Shown: piece after piece, positions 50,018-59,836 of the stretch | Layout: each line of letters opens with the position of its first letter | How positions within the stretch are numbered: position 1 is the stretch's first letter | NCBI RefSeq assembly: GCF_964021775.1 | Contig: NZ_CAXHZI010000011.1 | Coordinates: forward strand, 22,336-86,335 | From: an uncultured Arthrobacter sp. | GTDB taxonomy: Bacteria > Actinomycetota > Actinomycetes > Actinomycetales > Micrococcaceae | Reading direction: 5' to 3' | DNA length: 64,000 nucleotides | The notes under the pieces: generated by a model | The model's input: only the letters and a program-made list of their open reading frames with translations | Told to the model about the DNA's origin: nothing | Database searches by the model: none | Position numbers and translations under genes: made by a program

Positions 50018-51268
50018 ATGACCTCGCGCGGTATGGCAACGACTTCAAAAACCGCCAGGGCCAAGGCGGCGGCGCCCCGGCTGACCGGCGTCGACGCGGC
50101 CCGCGGGCTGGCGCTGCTGGGCATGATGGCAACCCATGTGCTCCCGACCTTTGGATCGGACGCGCAGCTCACCCCCACCTGGGTCGGTCTGGCCTTCTCC
50201 GGCCGCGCGGCCGCACTCTTTGCTGTGCTTGCGGGGATCGGATTGGCGCTGTCGACCGGAAAGGAGCGGCCGCTGGAGGGTCCGGCATTGTGGGCGGCCC
50301 GCCGGGGCATCGCCCTCCGGGCACTGGCGGTGGCCGCGGTGGGCCTCAGCCTCGGCGGCCTGGAAGTCAACATCGCGGTCATTCTGGTCCACTACGCCTT
50401 GTTGTTCCTTTGTGTACTGCCGTTCCTGGGCCTGCCCTCGAAACGCCTCTGGGGACTGGCGGCGGCGTGGCTGCTGGCCACCCCGGTCCTGGCCTATCTC
50501 CTGCGGCCGTGGCTGCTGGCGGCGGATCCGCCGCTCCGGCTCGGCCACAACCCCGGCTGGGAGGACCTGACCACGCCGGCCCGGCTGCTCGGCGATGTGT
50601 TCCTGACGGGTTATTACCCAGTGCTGCAATGGCTCGCCTACCTGCTCATCGGCCTGGCGATCGGCCGGCTGGCGCTGTCCACGGCGGCTGTTCCGTTGCT
50701 GTTGCTGGCGGCCGGAAGCATCGCCGCGGTGCTCGCCAAGTGGCTGAGCCTGGTGCTGATGGAGGACTGGGGCGGCCGCGCAGCGCTGCAGCAGCAACTG
50801 GGCGACCCGGCGTACCCCCTGGCGAGCCTGCTGCAGGTAAACCTCGCGGGCATCGACCAGTCCGGTTCCGCGTGGTGGCTGGCGTCAAGCGCCCCGCATT
50901 CTGGCACCACGCTGGACCTGCTGCACACCTCGGGGGTCGCTGCCGCGGTGGTGGGTCTCTGCCTGCTGCTGGGACGGCTCGCCGACTGGGTGCAGCTGGA
51001 CCTGTTGCTCCCGTTGCGCGGCGCCGGGGCGCTGACCCTGAGCTTGTATACGGCGCACGTGTGGTTGATGGCGTCCCTGTACGGCCGGCCGCTCCCCGCC
51101 GGCTGGAGCGTGGAGGGCCTGTACTGGGCGCAGGCCATCGCCGCGCTGGTCATCGGCGGTGTCTTCGCGGCACTGTCCTGGCGCGGGCCCCTGGAGTGGG
51201 TGGGCCACGGCGCTAACCAGCTGGGCCGCGGCCTGCGGTCCGGAAACCGCCAAACGAGGAACCGCTAA
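50018..51268 (+). CDS. DUF1624 / heparan-alpha-glucosaminide N-acetyltransferase-like membrane protein
   Basis: RLTGVDAARGLALLGMMATH, GRAAALFAVLAG, GYYPVLQWLAY, GPLEW. Confidence 0.78.
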   Translation: MTSRGMATTSKTARAKAAAPRLTGVDAARGLALLGMMATHVLPTFGSDAQLTPTWVGLAFSGRAAALFAVLAGIGLALSTGKERPLEGPALWAARRGIALRALAVAAVGLSLGGLEVNIAVILVHYALLFLCVLPFLGLPSKRLWGLAAAWLLATPVLAYLLRPWLLAADPPLRLGHNPGWEDLTTPARLLGDVFLTGYYPVLQWLAYLLIGLAIGRLALSTAAVPLLLLAAGSIAAVLAKWLSLVLMEDWGGRAALQQQLGDPAYPLASLLQVNLAGIDQSGSAWWLASSAPHSGTTLDLLHTSGVAAAVVGLCLLLGRLADWVQLDLLLPLRGAGALTLSLYTAHVWLMASLYGRPLPAGWSVEGLYWAQAIAALVIGGVFAALSWRGPLEWVGHGANQLGRGLRSGNRQTRNR

Positions 51269-51284
51269 ACAACGAACCGCCGGG
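51245..51284 (+). repeat. 15-bp-period degenerate repeat x~2.5 spanning the stop codon at 51266-51268
   Basis: aaccgccaaacgagg / aaccgctaaacaacg / aaccgccggg. Confidence 0.55.
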
Positions 51285-51286
51285 CG

Positions 51287-51769
51287 CTAGGCGCCGGGCG
51301 ACCCGGCGCGGAACAGCCGGACGGCGTCGCGCATCGAGGCGCGGGCCCGCTTGCGGTCCCCGGCGGCGTCGTAGGCGCAGCTGAGCCGGAACCAGGACCG
51401 CCAGTCCCCGGGGGCGGCCTCGGCTTCGGCCCGGTATTTCTCAAACTCCAGATCCGCGGCGTCGCGGATGATCCGGCCGGCGGGGGTGCGCGGCAGGGTA
51501 TCCTCCGGCAGGCCGCCTTCGGCTTCCAGGATCTTCGCCAGCCTTTCGGTCCGGGCGCCGAACAAGAGCTCCCGCACCAGCGCCCAGGCCCCCACCACCG
51601 GCAGCACCAGGTAGGCCAGGCCAAGGGCCTTGGCCACTGGGTTGGGATCGGAGAGCAGCAGCACCGAACGCTGCAGGGACACCACCAGGTAGAACACCAG
51701 CAGCAGCGTCACGGCCCCCACCCAGATCTTGGTGCGGTTGGCCTTGAAGGAGGCCAGGACGTTGGCCAT
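51287..51769 (-). CDS. Conserved membrane protein downstream of dapB (two TM helices plus TPR-like C-terminus)
   Basis: LPRTPAGRI, DWRSWFRLSCAYDAAGDRKRAR; start overlaps dapB stop. Confidence 0.75.
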   Translation of the reverse strand: MANVLASFKANRTKIWVGAVTLLLVFYLVVSLQRSVLLLSDPNPVAKALGLAYLVLPVVGAWALVRELLFGARTERLAKILEAEGGLPEDTLPRTPAGRIIRDAADLEFEKYRAEAEAAPGDWRSWFRLSCAYDAAGDRKRARASMRDAVRLFRAGSPGA

Positions 51770-52527
51770 CAGAGGCCCAGGTCCAGGTAGCCGTCCAGGC
51801 CCACAGTGAGTCCGGGATGCGCGGCGACGTTGCGCACGCCCAACAGCACGCCGGGCATAAAGGAAGCGCGGTCGAAGGAATCGTGGCGGAAGGTCAGCTG
51901 CTCCCCCGGCCCGCCCAGCAGGACCTCCTGGTGCGCCACAAGGCCGCGGAGCCGGACGCTGTGGACACGGACGCCGTCGACCTCGCAGCCGCGCGCTCCG
52001 GGGCGTTCGCTGCTGGTCGCATCCGGGCTGGCCGCGACGCCGGCGCCGGCGCGCTCCGCAGCGATCAGCTGGGCGGTGCGCACCGCGGTTCCGGAGGGAG
52101 CGTCCACTTTTTCCGGGTGGTGCAGCTCGATGATTTCGACCGATTCGAAGTAGCGGGACGCCTTCGCGGCAAAGGCCGATGCCAGGACCGAGCCGAGGGC
52201 GAAGTTGGGGGCGATGAGGACGCCGACGCCGGGCTGGCCGGCGAGCTGCGCCTCGAGCCGTTCCAGCCGTTCAGCGTCCCAGCCGGTGGTGCCGACGACG
52301 GCGTGCATGCCGTGCTCAACGGCGAAGCGGACGTTCGCTTCGGTGCTGTCGGGCACCGTCAGGTCCACGACGATGCGGGCGCCGGAATCCACCAGGGTAT
52401 CGAGGGAATCGCCCCGGCCCAGGGCCGCGACGAGCTTCAGGTCTTTGGCGTCTTCCACGGCTTTGACGGCCTCGGCGCCCATGCGCCCGTTGGCGCCCAG
52501 AACGGCGACGGCGAGTTGTTCGGTCAT
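51769..52527 (-). CDS. dapB: 4-hydroxy-tetrahydrodipicolinate reductase
   Basis: VLGANGRMG, VVGTTG, APNFALG, ELHHPEKVDAPSGTA. Confidence 0.96.
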   Translation of the reverse strand: MTEQLAVAVLGANGRMGAEAVKAVEDAKDLKLVAALGRGDSLDTLVDSGARIVVDLTVPDSTEANVRFAVEHGMHAVVGTTGWDAERLERLEAQLAGQPGVGVLIAPNFALGSVLASAFAAKASRYFESVEIIELHHPEKVDAPSGTAVRTAQLIAAERAGAGVAASPDATSSERPGARGCEVDGVRVHSVRLRGLVAHQEVLLGGPGEQLTFRHDSFDRASFMPGVLLGVRNVAAHPGLTVGLDGYLDLGL

Positions 52528-52615
52528 GGCATCAACCCTACCGCCGGGGCGCGGCCCGGCTGGAACCGGGTCCCTTGCGTTACCCTGCCGCCGGGCGCAT
52601 CCGCCGGAGCAGTGG

Positions 52616-53092
52616 CTACTCCCCCGCGCCGACCCACTCGACGGTACCGTCGGTGAAGAACTGTTCCTTCCAGATCGGAACCTGCTCCTTGATCCGGTCC
52701 ACCAGCTCGGAGCACACCGCGAAGGCCTGCCCGCGGTGCGCCGCCGACACCGCACAGACCAGAGCGGGATCGCCGATCTCCAGCGGCCCGGTCCGGTGCG
52801 CGGCCCAGATCCGCACCGACTGGCCCGGCCGGCCCGCTCCGGCTGCCCCGGCCGCCGACTGCTCGGCGACGAGTTGCGCGACGACGTCGGCCAGCACCTG
52901 GTGCGCCGTGGGGTGTGCGCTGTAGCTGAGCCGCTGCACCGGTTTGCCGCCGTCGTGGTTGCGGACGACGCCGCTGAAGCTCACCACGGCGCCGGCGGTA
53001 TCCGATTCGACCGCGGCGATGGCCTGCTCCACCGAGATGGGCTCGGCGCTGAGGACGGCGTGCACGACTTCGAAGGCTGATTCAGTGTCCAT
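52616..53092 (-). CDS. moaE: Molybdopterin synthase catalytic subunit
   Basis: GAVVSFSGVVR, HRTGPLEIGD, SAAHR, IKEQVPIWKEQ. Confidence 0.93.
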   Translation of the reverse strand: MDTESAFEVVHAVLSAEPISVEQAIAAVESDTAGAVVSFSGVVRNHDGGKPVQRLSYSAHPTAHQVLADVVAQLVAEQSAAGAAGAGRPGQSVRIWAAHRTGPLEIGDPALVCAVSAAHRGQAFAVCSELVDRIKEQVPIWKEQFFTDGTVEWVGAGE

Positions 53093-53594
53093 GGCTGCCT
53101 TCCAGCTGGTCGCAGAGGTGTCCGATGATCGGGTCCAGCACGCCCAGGCCGTCCATGACGCCCTTCGGGGAGCCGGGGAGGTTGACGATGAAGGTGCTGC
53201 CGGCGGCGCCGGCGTGGCCGCGGCTCAGCATCGCCGTCGGGGTCTTGGCCGTGCCCGCGCTGCGCAGGCCTTCCATGATGCCGGGGATTTCGCGGTCCAG
53301 CAGCGGCAGCGTCTGTTCGGGGGTGGCGTCGGTGGGGCTGAGGCCGGTGCCGCCGCTGGTGATGATCACGGCGGGGTGCTGGGTCAGCAGCGCGCGTAGG
53401 GCGGCGCCGACGGGCTCGCCGTCGGGAACCACCAGGGCGGGGAACGGCTCGAAACCGTGCTCGGTCAGCCAGTCGGCGATGACGGGACCGGTGAGGTCTT
53501 CATAGACCCCGGCCGCGGCGCGGGTGGAGGCGATCACGATGCCGGCCTTCCGGCCGGTGGCGTCGCCGTGGCGGTGCGGTTCGATGCTGCTCAC
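53082..53594 (-). CDS. moaB: MogA/MoaB-family molybdopterin adenylyltransferase
   Basis: [36 protein letters not shown]. Confidence 0.88.
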   Translation of the reverse strand: MSSIEPHRHGDATGRKAGIVIASTRAAAGVYEDLTGPVIADWLTEHGFEPFPALVVPDGEPVGAALRALLTQHPAVIITSGGTGLSPTDATPEQTLPLLDREIPGIMEGLRSAGTAKTPTAMLSRGHAGAAGSTFIVNLPGSPKGVMDGLGVLDPIIGHLCDQLEGSHGH

Positions 53595-54106
53595 AGTGTC
53601 CAGTCCCCGCTCTTGCCGCCGCTTTTGGCGAGCACCTTGATGTCCGTCAACACCGCGTGCTTGTCCACGGCCTTGATCATGTCGTACACACTCAGGGCAG
53701 CAACGGACGCCGCGGTGAGCGCCTCCATCTCCACCCCGGTCACGCCGCGGGTTTTGACCGTGGCGAAGACGGTCACGGACTCGGCGTCGAGCTCGAAGTC
53801 GACGGTGACCTTGGTGATCGGCAACGGGTGGCAGAGCGGAATGAGGTCGGGTGTTTTCTTGGCGGCCAGGATCCCGGCCACCCGTGCGACGGCCAGCGCA
53901 TCGCCCTTGGGCAGTTCGCCGGACCCGAGCAGGGCCAGGACCTCAGCGGTGCTGTTCACGGTGGCGGTGGCGGTGGCTTCCCGCGTGGTCTCGGCTTTGT
54001 TGGACACGTCGACCATCTGCGCGGTGCCGTCCTGCCGGAGATGGGTCAGCGCGGGCTTGTCCGGGTGCTCTGGTGTGTTGTTCTCTGCTGCGTTCACAGG
54101 ATCCAT
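53591..54106 (-). CDS. moaC: Cyclic pyranopterin monophosphate synthase
   Basis: [38 protein letters not shown]. Confidence 0.95.
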   Translation of the reverse strand: MDPVNAAENNTPEHPDKPALTHLRQDGTAQMVDVSNKAETTREATATATVNSTAEVLALLGSGELPKGDALAVARVAGILAAKKTPDLIPLCHPLPITKVTVDFELDAESVTVFATVKTRGVTGVEMEALTAASVAALSVYDMIKAVDKHAVLTDIKVLAKSGGKSGDWTL

Positions 54107-55311
54107 ACTTCCACCTCGTCGCCCCCGGCGAGCGCCGCTGTTCCCGCCGGGACGTGCACAAGGGCGTTGGAGTGCGCCAGGGCGTGCATCAGGTGTGATC
54201 CCGCGCCGCCTTCCAGCCGGACCGTTCCGTCCGGGCCGAGCGTGCCGCGCCGGACCTGGTGTTTGGCTTCCGGGGAGGCCAGGGCTTCGGCCAGCCGGGC
54301 GCGGATCACGGTGCGCGGCGCCGGCGAGCCGAACAGGTCCGCCAGGACGGGCCGGAGGAACATTTCGAAGGAGATGAGGCAGCTGACCGGGTTGCCGGGG
54401 AAGCCGAGGACCGGGACGCCGTCGAAGGTTCCGATGCCCTGCGGGCCGCCCGGCTGCATGGCCACCGGGCCGAACTCGACGTCGTGGTCCGCCAGTGCCT
54501 GCCGGACCACCTCGTAGGCGCCCTTGCTGACTCCCCCGGTGGTGACGATCAGGTCCACGCCGGGCGCGTGGCGGCGCAGCAGCTCCTCCAGCTCCCCGGG
54601 GTTGTCGGCGGAGATGCCGGTGCGGGTGACGTGGAGGCCTGCCTGGCGCAGGGCGGAGTCGAGCAGGGTGCCGTTCGCGTCGTAGATCTTGCCTGGCTGC
54701 AGCGGGCTGCCGGGTTCCACCACTTCGTCCCCGGTGGTGACCAGCAGGACCCTCGGCTCAGCGTGCACCGGCACCTGGCTCAGGCCCAGCGCGGCCAGCA
54801 GCCCCAGCTGGCCGGGTCCCAGGAAGGTGCCGGCGGCGAGGGCGGTTTCCCCGGCGGCAATGTCGCTGCCGGCCACCCGCACGTAGTTCCCCACCGGGGC
54901 GGCGGGCAGCCGGACGGTGGCCGGGGCTCCCGGGGCGGGGAAGGAATCGGGGACGGCCAGTTCAATGGGGACGACGGCGTCGGCGCCGGCCGGGATCATG
55001 GCACCGGTCATGATGGGCGCGGCGGTGCCGGGAGCAAGTTCGGCGGGCTCGGCGCCGGCCGGAACGGGCGCGGCGACCCGGAGCTCGGCGCCGCCGTCGG
55101 GCACCTCGGCGCTGCGGATCGCGAAACCGTCCATTTGCGAGTTGGCGAAGGGCGGGAGGTCCAGCGGGGCCAGGACGTCGGAGGCCAGGCCGCGGCCGAG
55201 GGCGTCCCCGAGCGGCACCGTGTCGATGCGGGCGGCGAGCGGTGCCAGCAGGGCCCGGACTTTGTCCCGGTGCGCTTCCACGGTGACGGGCCTGTTCGCG
55301 GTGCGGTGCAT
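54094..55311 (-). CDS. moeA: Molybdopterin molybdotransferase
   Basis: [38 protein letters not shown]. Confidence 0.93.
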   Translation of the reverse strand: MHRTANRPVTVEAHRDKVRALLAPLAARIDTVPLGDALGRGLASDVLAPLDLPPFANSQMDGFAIRSAEVPDGGAELRVAAPVPAGAEPAELAPGTAAPIMTGAMIPAGADAVVPIELAVPDSFPAPGAPATVRLPAAPVGNYVRVAGSDIAAGETALAAGTFLGPGQLGLLAALGLSQVPVHAEPRVLLVTTGDEVVEPGSPLQPGKIYDANGTLLDSALRQAGLHVTRTGISADNPGELEELLRRHAPGVDLIVTTGGVSKGAYEVVRQALADHDVEFGPVAMQPGGPQGIGTFDGVPVLGFPGNPVSCLISFEMFLRPVLADLFGSPAPRTVIRARLAEALASPEAKHQVRRGTLGPDGTVRLEGGAGSHLMHALAHSNALVHVPAGTAALAGGDEVEVWIL

Positions 55312-55337
55312 ACGTTGTTGACCTTCGGCTCGGCGGG

Positions 55338-57023
55338 CTAGGACTTCACGTCCACTGTAACTGTGTGGTAGCCGGTGGCCCCGCTGGGCGCCGCCGGGGC
55401 GCGGTCCTCCACTTGCGGGACGCCGGCGAGGTCGGTGGCACGGACCTGGACCTCGTACTGTCCCGGGTCCAGGGGTAGGGTGAGCTTCCACTGGCGCCAG
55501 GTGTCCGTGGAGATCGCCGGTGCCAGCTCGGCCTGTTTCCAGTCGCCGCGGTTGACGCGCACTTCCACTGTGCCGATGCCGCGGTGCTGGGCCCAGGCCA
55601 CGCCGCCAAAGTCCACCTGCCCCGCATTCACGCTCCGGCCGGCCCGCGGCACGTCGATCCGCGACGACGTCTTGATGGGTCCGCGCTCGCTCCAGCCCCG
55701 GGGAGTCCAGTAGGCGACGTCGTCGGCGAACCGGGTGACCTTCAGTTCGGTGACCCATTTGGTCGCCGAGACGTAGCCGTAAAGTCCCGGCACGACGAGC
55801 CGGACGGGGAAACCATGCTCGAGCGGTAGCGGCTCCCCGTTCATGCCCACCGCCAGCAGGGCGTCGCGGGTGTCCGTGAGCACCTCCAGCGGTGTCCCTG
55901 CGGTCCAACCGTCGGCGCTGCGCGAGAGCACCATGTCCGCTCCCGGTTGCGGGCCGGCCTGTGCCAGCAGCTCGCGGACCGGCCAGCCGAGCCAGCGGGC
56001 GTTGCCGATCAGGTCGCCGCCCACCTCGTTAGAGACGCAGGCGATGGTGATGTACCGCTCGGTGAGTGGCTTGGCCAGCAGGGCGTCGAAGTCGAGTTCG
56101 AGCTCGCGGTCCACCAGGCCGGTGACCTTGAGCCGCCATTCGCGGGGATCCACCAGCGGGACACGCAGGGCGGTGTCGATCCGGTAGAAGTCCTTGCTCG
56201 GGGTGACCAGGGGGTCCAGTCCCGCCAGGGACAGCTCGGCCCCGGCGGGTATCGCCGGGGCGCGCGAGGCCGGGACGGGCAACGCGAGCTTGTTGCGCAG
56301 CCCGGTGACGGCCGCGGCGGCGCCGCGCAGGATGGACGCAAGGACCCCGCCGGCGGCGGCGATGACCGTGGTCACCGCCAGAGCCTGCAGGAAGCCGCGG
56401 CGGGCGGGGCGGGGCGCGGGTTGGCCCTCGGGGTCCCTGTCTGCGGGTGCCTGGCCGGCGGGTGCCGGCGCGGCGGCCGGCTGGCCGGCGGGTGCGGCGG
56501 GTGCCTGGCCGGCGGGGTCCCGATCGGCGTCGGACCACTCGGTGAGCCGGCGGACCAGCCAGCGCAGCAGCACCACGCCCAGGGCGGCGGCCAGCAACGG
56601 CCCCGGGACGGCAGTGGCACCCGCCTCCGCCCGGGTCAGCACGGCCGCGACACCCACCAGCCCGAAGACGGCGATCACGGCCAGCCCGGCGAAGCGGCGG
56701 CGCCATTCGAGCACTCCGGCCAGTGCGGCCAGCACCGCGATCACCAACGCCATCCCGCCGAGCAGGGCCAGTTTGTCCGCCGTGCCGAAAAGCGAAATCG
56801 CCCAGTCTTTGACCCCCGGCGGGACGGCGTCGATCACCGCGCCGCCGACGGCCGTCACCGGCGAAACCGAGGGACTCAGCAGCCCGGCAGCAAGTTCGCC
56901 GACGGCGACGCCGGCACCCACCGCCACCACGCCGGCCGCGGCGGCCCACCGCACCGGGCGCCGCGGAACGGGCTGCGGTTCTCCGCCGGTAGCCTCTGCC
57001 GGAGCGGCCGGAGACGTGTTCAC
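55338..57023 (-). CDS. Polytopic molybdopterin-dependent oxidoreductase (sulfite oxidase/MsrP-like family)
   Basis: FYRIDT, Moco Cys in CVSN, HGFPVRLVVPGLYG, KW; four N-terminal TM helices then RRGFL and a fifth helix. Confidence 0.88.
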   Translation of the reverse strand: MNTSPAAPAEATGGEPQPVPRRPVRWAAAAGVVAVGAGVAVGELAAGLLSPSVSPVTAVGGAVIDAVPPGVKDWAISLFGTADKLALLGGMALVIAVLAALAGVLEWRRRFAGLAVIAVFGLVGVAAVLTRAEAGATAVPGPLLAAALGVVLLRWLVRRLTEWSDADRDPAGQAPAAPAGQPAAAPAPAGQAPADRDPEGQPAPRPARRGFLQALAVTTVIAAAGGVLASILRGAAAAVTGLRNKLALPVPASRAPAIPAGAELSLAGLDPLVTPSKDFYRIDTALRVPLVDPREWRLKVTGLVDRELELDFDALLAKPLTERYITIACVSNEVGGDLIGNARWLGWPVRELLAQAGPQPGADMVLSRSADGWTAGTPLEVLTDTRDALLAVGMNGEPLPLEHGFPVRLVVPGLYGYVSATKWVTELKVTRFADDVAYWTPRGWSERGPIKTSSRIDVPRAGRSVNAGQVDFGGVAWAQHRGIGTVEVRVNRGDWKQAELAPAISTDTWRQWKLTLPLDPGQYEVQVRATDLAGVPQVEDRAPAAPSGATGYHTVTVDVKS

Positions 57024-57103
57024 GCCTCCAGCATAAGTTCGTTGGCGCCAGTTCGTTCTCGCCGGGGCGTGATGCCCGGCCCGCAGTGGCGTAGCCTGAC
57101 ATT

Positions 57104-58240
57104 ATGAGTGTTCAGCTTGGCATGCCCCAGCCCCGCGCGGAAAGCGGCCCCGGCGCGGGCGTCCCGGCGCCGCAGCCGGCCGGACGCCCGGCCGGAATGC
57201 CTGCCGGGCTGGTGGACCGCTACGGCCGCCGGGCCACCGACATGCGGCTCTCCCTGACCGACAAGTGCAACCTGCGCTGCACCTACTGCATGCCGGCCGA
57301 AGGCCTCGAGTGGCTGGCCAAGCAGGCCGTCATGTCCGCGGAGGAAATCGTACGGATCGTCCGGATCGGCGTCGAACAACTGGGTGTCCGCGAACTCCGG
57401 CTCACCGGCGGCGAACCGCTGGTGCGGGCCGACCTGCTGGACATCATCTCCGCCCTCCGCCAGGCCCACCCGGACCTGCCGATCTCGATGACGACCAACG
57501 CCGTCGGCCTGGATAAAAAGGCGGCCGGCCTGAAGGCCGCCGGCCTCACCCGGATCAACGTCTCGCTGGATTCGCTGCACGAGGAAACCTTCACCAAGCT
57601 GACCCGGCGCCCGTTCCTGGACCGCGTCCTCGCCGGCGTGGACGCCGCCTGGGCCGCCGGACTGGGGCCCGTGAAGCTGAATGCGGTGCTGATGCGCGGC
57701 ATCAACGACGCCGAGTCCCCCTCGCTGCTGGCCTGGGCCCTGGACCGCGGCTACGAATTGCGCTTCATCGAACAGATGCCGCTCGACGCCGACCACGGCT
57801 GGACCCGCCGGAACATGATTACGGCCGCGGAAATCCGGGACCTGCTCTCCGTCGACTACGTGCTCAGCGCCGATCCGCGGGAGCGCGACGGTGCGCCGGC
57901 CGAGCGATTCGAAGTCCGCACCCGGGCGCCGGGCACGGACCAGGCTACCGGCCCCGTGCTGGGCACCGTGGGAATCATCGCCTCGGTCACCGAACCGTTC
58001 TGCGCGGACTGCCGCCGCACCCGGATCACCGCGGAAGGCAAGATCATGAGCTGCCTCTTCTCGCGCGAGGAGACGGACCTGCTGGGGCTGCTGCGCGGCG
58101 GTGCCACCGACGAACAACTCGCCGAGCGCTGGCAGGACGCCATGTGGCTTAAGCCCAAGGCGCACGGCATGGACCACGTCGGACTGGACGCCCCGGACTT
58201 CGTCCAGCCGGACCGCAGCATGAGCGCCATCGGAGGCTGA
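57104..58240 (+). CDS. moaA: GTP 3',8-cyclase
   Basis: RLSLTDKCNLRCTYC, LTGGEP, FCADCRRTR...C, C-terminal MSAIGG. Confidence 0.96.
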   Translation: MSVQLGMPQPRAESGPGAGVPAPQPAGRPAGMPAGLVDRYGRRATDMRLSLTDKCNLRCTYCMPAEGLEWLAKQAVMSAEEIVRIVRIGVEQLGVRELRLTGGEPLVRADLLDIISALRQAHPDLPISMTTNAVGLDKKAAGLKAAGLTRINVSLDSLHEETFTKLTRRPFLDRVLAGVDAAWAAGLGPVKLNAVLMRGINDAESPSLLAWALDRGYELRFIEQMPLDADHGWTRRNMITAAEIRDLLSVDYVLSADPRERDGAPAERFEVRTRAPGTDQATGPVLGTVGIIASVTEPFCADCRRTRITAEGKIMSCLFSREETDLLGLLRGGATDEQLAERWQDAMWLKPKAHGMDHVGLDAPDFVQPDRSMSAIGG

Positions 58241-58247
58241 ACCACCC

Positions 58248-58514
58248 GTGAACGTACGTTACTTCGCTGCCGCGCGCGTTGCCGCCGGTATGGACGAGGA
58301 AAAGTTCGAGCTGCCCGACGGCGCCAGGCTCGCCGAGCTGCTGGAGGCGATTCTCGCCGTCGAACGCCCCGAGCCGCCGGCCGGCACCCCGCCGCTGGCC
58401 CGCATCCTGTCCCGCTCCAGCTTCCTGCTCAACGAGGTGGCGGTGCGGAACTCGTCGCCGGTGCTGGGTCCGGACGACGTCGTCGACGTGCTGCCGCCGT
58501 TTGCCGGCGGCTAG
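58248..58514 (+). CDS. moaD: Molybdopterin synthase sulfur carrier
   Basis: VRYFAAAR start, C-terminal LPPFAGG. Confidence 0.92.
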   Translation: MNVRYFAAARVAAGMDEEKFELPDGARLAELLEAILAVERPEPPAGTPPLARILSRSSFLLNEVAVRNSSPVLGPDDVVDVLPPFAGG

Positions 58515-58532
58515 CCACACCTCACCTGGTCC

Positions 58533-59666
58533 TCACTGTCCGTCAGATGCTGCGGCGGCCGGAGCCGACACGGCCGCGGCTCCAAGGGCCAGGCCCAGCA
58601 GCGCAGCCCGGCTCCGCACACCGCAGGCCACGAAGAGTGCCTTGAATAAGTCCTGCACGGTGTAGGGGCGGATCCGCAGGGCAGCTGCCAGCTCAGAGGT
58701 GCTGAGGCCGCCGGCGGAGAGCCCCAGCAGCCGGTGCTGCTGCGGCGTCAGCGCAAAGCAGCGCGCGAACGCTTCCAGCCGGTCCGCCGCCGGGCAGTCC
58801 TGGATGGTCACCGCGAGCGAAGGCGTTGCCCCCGTCCCGGGGTCCATCCGGGTGGAGCGCAAAAGAGCCCAGCCACCGCGCCCCACCGGCACTCGGGACA
58901 TCGCCGGGTGGGCGTCCACTCCGGCTTCCTCCGCGAGGAGTTGGGCGGCGACATTCAGGACCTCAGCGGGGATCCCTTCGTAGGGCCGGGGCCCGCGCTG
59001 CAGCAGCCCCAGCCAGTCGGCGGCCGATGCGGTCTGGCCCGTCACGGCGAGCCGCTCGTCGAGGACCAGCACGGCCTGCGGCGGCAAGGACTTGCCGCCG
59101 CCCGCCCGGACCGCGGCACCGACGTCGACACCCTGCCGCCATTGTGCCGCCCGGCTCCGCCGCAGGCCGGCTGCCACCAGCGGGGCCGCCGTGGCCAGGA
59201 AATCGGTCTCCGGTTCGGAAAATGTGCCTTCGTCTCCGCCACGCCACACGTCGAGCCAGCCCCAGCACCCGTGTTTATCGGCGAAGACCACGGACAGCAC
59301 GTCCGTCACCCCGTAGCGGCTCAGCAGCCCGTTCCAGAGCCGGCTCCGCGCCGGCTGCCCGCCGGTGGCCACCAGCAGGGTCGTCGCCGGCCGGCGCTGG
59401 CCCATCAGGGAGGTCCAGCGGGCATCCGCCGTCAGGTACTTAAGCCGGATCAGTTCAGGCAGCTCCTCCGGACAGGGAATCCTGGCCATCGGCGAGATAC
59501 CGGTGGCCGATTCCGGGTCTGTCAACGGCCAGGCATAAGCGCTGAAGGGCACCATCCTTCCGAGTTCAGCCAGTAATCCCCGGCGCAGCTCATGGTCATC
59601 CAGCACGTCGCGGCAGAGGTTCCCGATGCGTTCCAGACTCCGGCTCAGCGCCCAGCTGGTGGTCAT
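58533..59666 (-). CDS. LuxR-type HTH regulator with GAF-like N-terminal sensor domain
   Basis: C-terminal LTPQQHRLL...GLSTSELAAAL...TVQDLFKALF..G..SR; N-terminal VPFSAYAW...DP and VLSVVFADKHGCWGWL; CATACT-6nt-ATG at 59666. Confidence 0.78.
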   Translation of the reverse strand: MTTSWALSRSLERIGNLCRDVLDDHELRRGLLAELGRMVPFSAYAWPLTDPESATGISPMARIPCPEELPELIRLKYLTADARWTSLMGQRRPATTLLVATGGQPARSRLWNGLLSRYGVTDVLSVVFADKHGCWGWLDVWRGGDEGTFSEPETDFLATAAPLVAAGLRRSRAAQWRQGVDVGAAVRAGGGKSLPPQAVLVLDERLAVTGQTASAADWLGLLQRGPRPYEGIPAEVLNVAAQLLAEEAGVDAHPAMSRVPVGRGGWALLRSTRMDPGTGATPSLAVTIQDCPAADRLEAFARCFALTPQQHRLLGLSAGGLSTSELAAALRIRPYTVQDLFKALFVACGVRSRAALLGLALGAAAVSAPAAAASDGQ

Positions 59667-59748
59667 GACATCAGTATGTACCTTGGGCATGGCCTTCTGA
59701 ATCGACCGGCTCACGGGCGCTCCGGACCCGTCCCGGGGCGGGCCGCCC

Positions 59749-59764
59749 TCCCAGATATCTGGGA
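59749..59764. promoter_or_regulatory. Perfect 16-bp palindrome, candidate operator of the divergent LuxR-type regulator
   Basis: TCCCAGATATCTGGGA; TACCGT -10-like hexamer at 59788-59793. Confidence 0.6.
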
Positions 59765-59836
59765 TACCGCGGGCCGCCCCGCCGCCCTACCGTGGAACAT
59801 CGCGCAGCCACATAAGAGACGTAAGGAGGGCTCGTG

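Noticed and set aside
56400-56525. GC-rich repeats in the Moco oxidoreductase as a non-coding element
   Set aside because: They are in frame and encode a PAGQAP linker; ordinary low-complexity coding sequence.
57024-57103. Moco riboswitch at the moa cluster
   Set aside because: The divergent intergenic region is only 80 bp and holds two leaderless-type -10 elements; there is no room for the aptamer.
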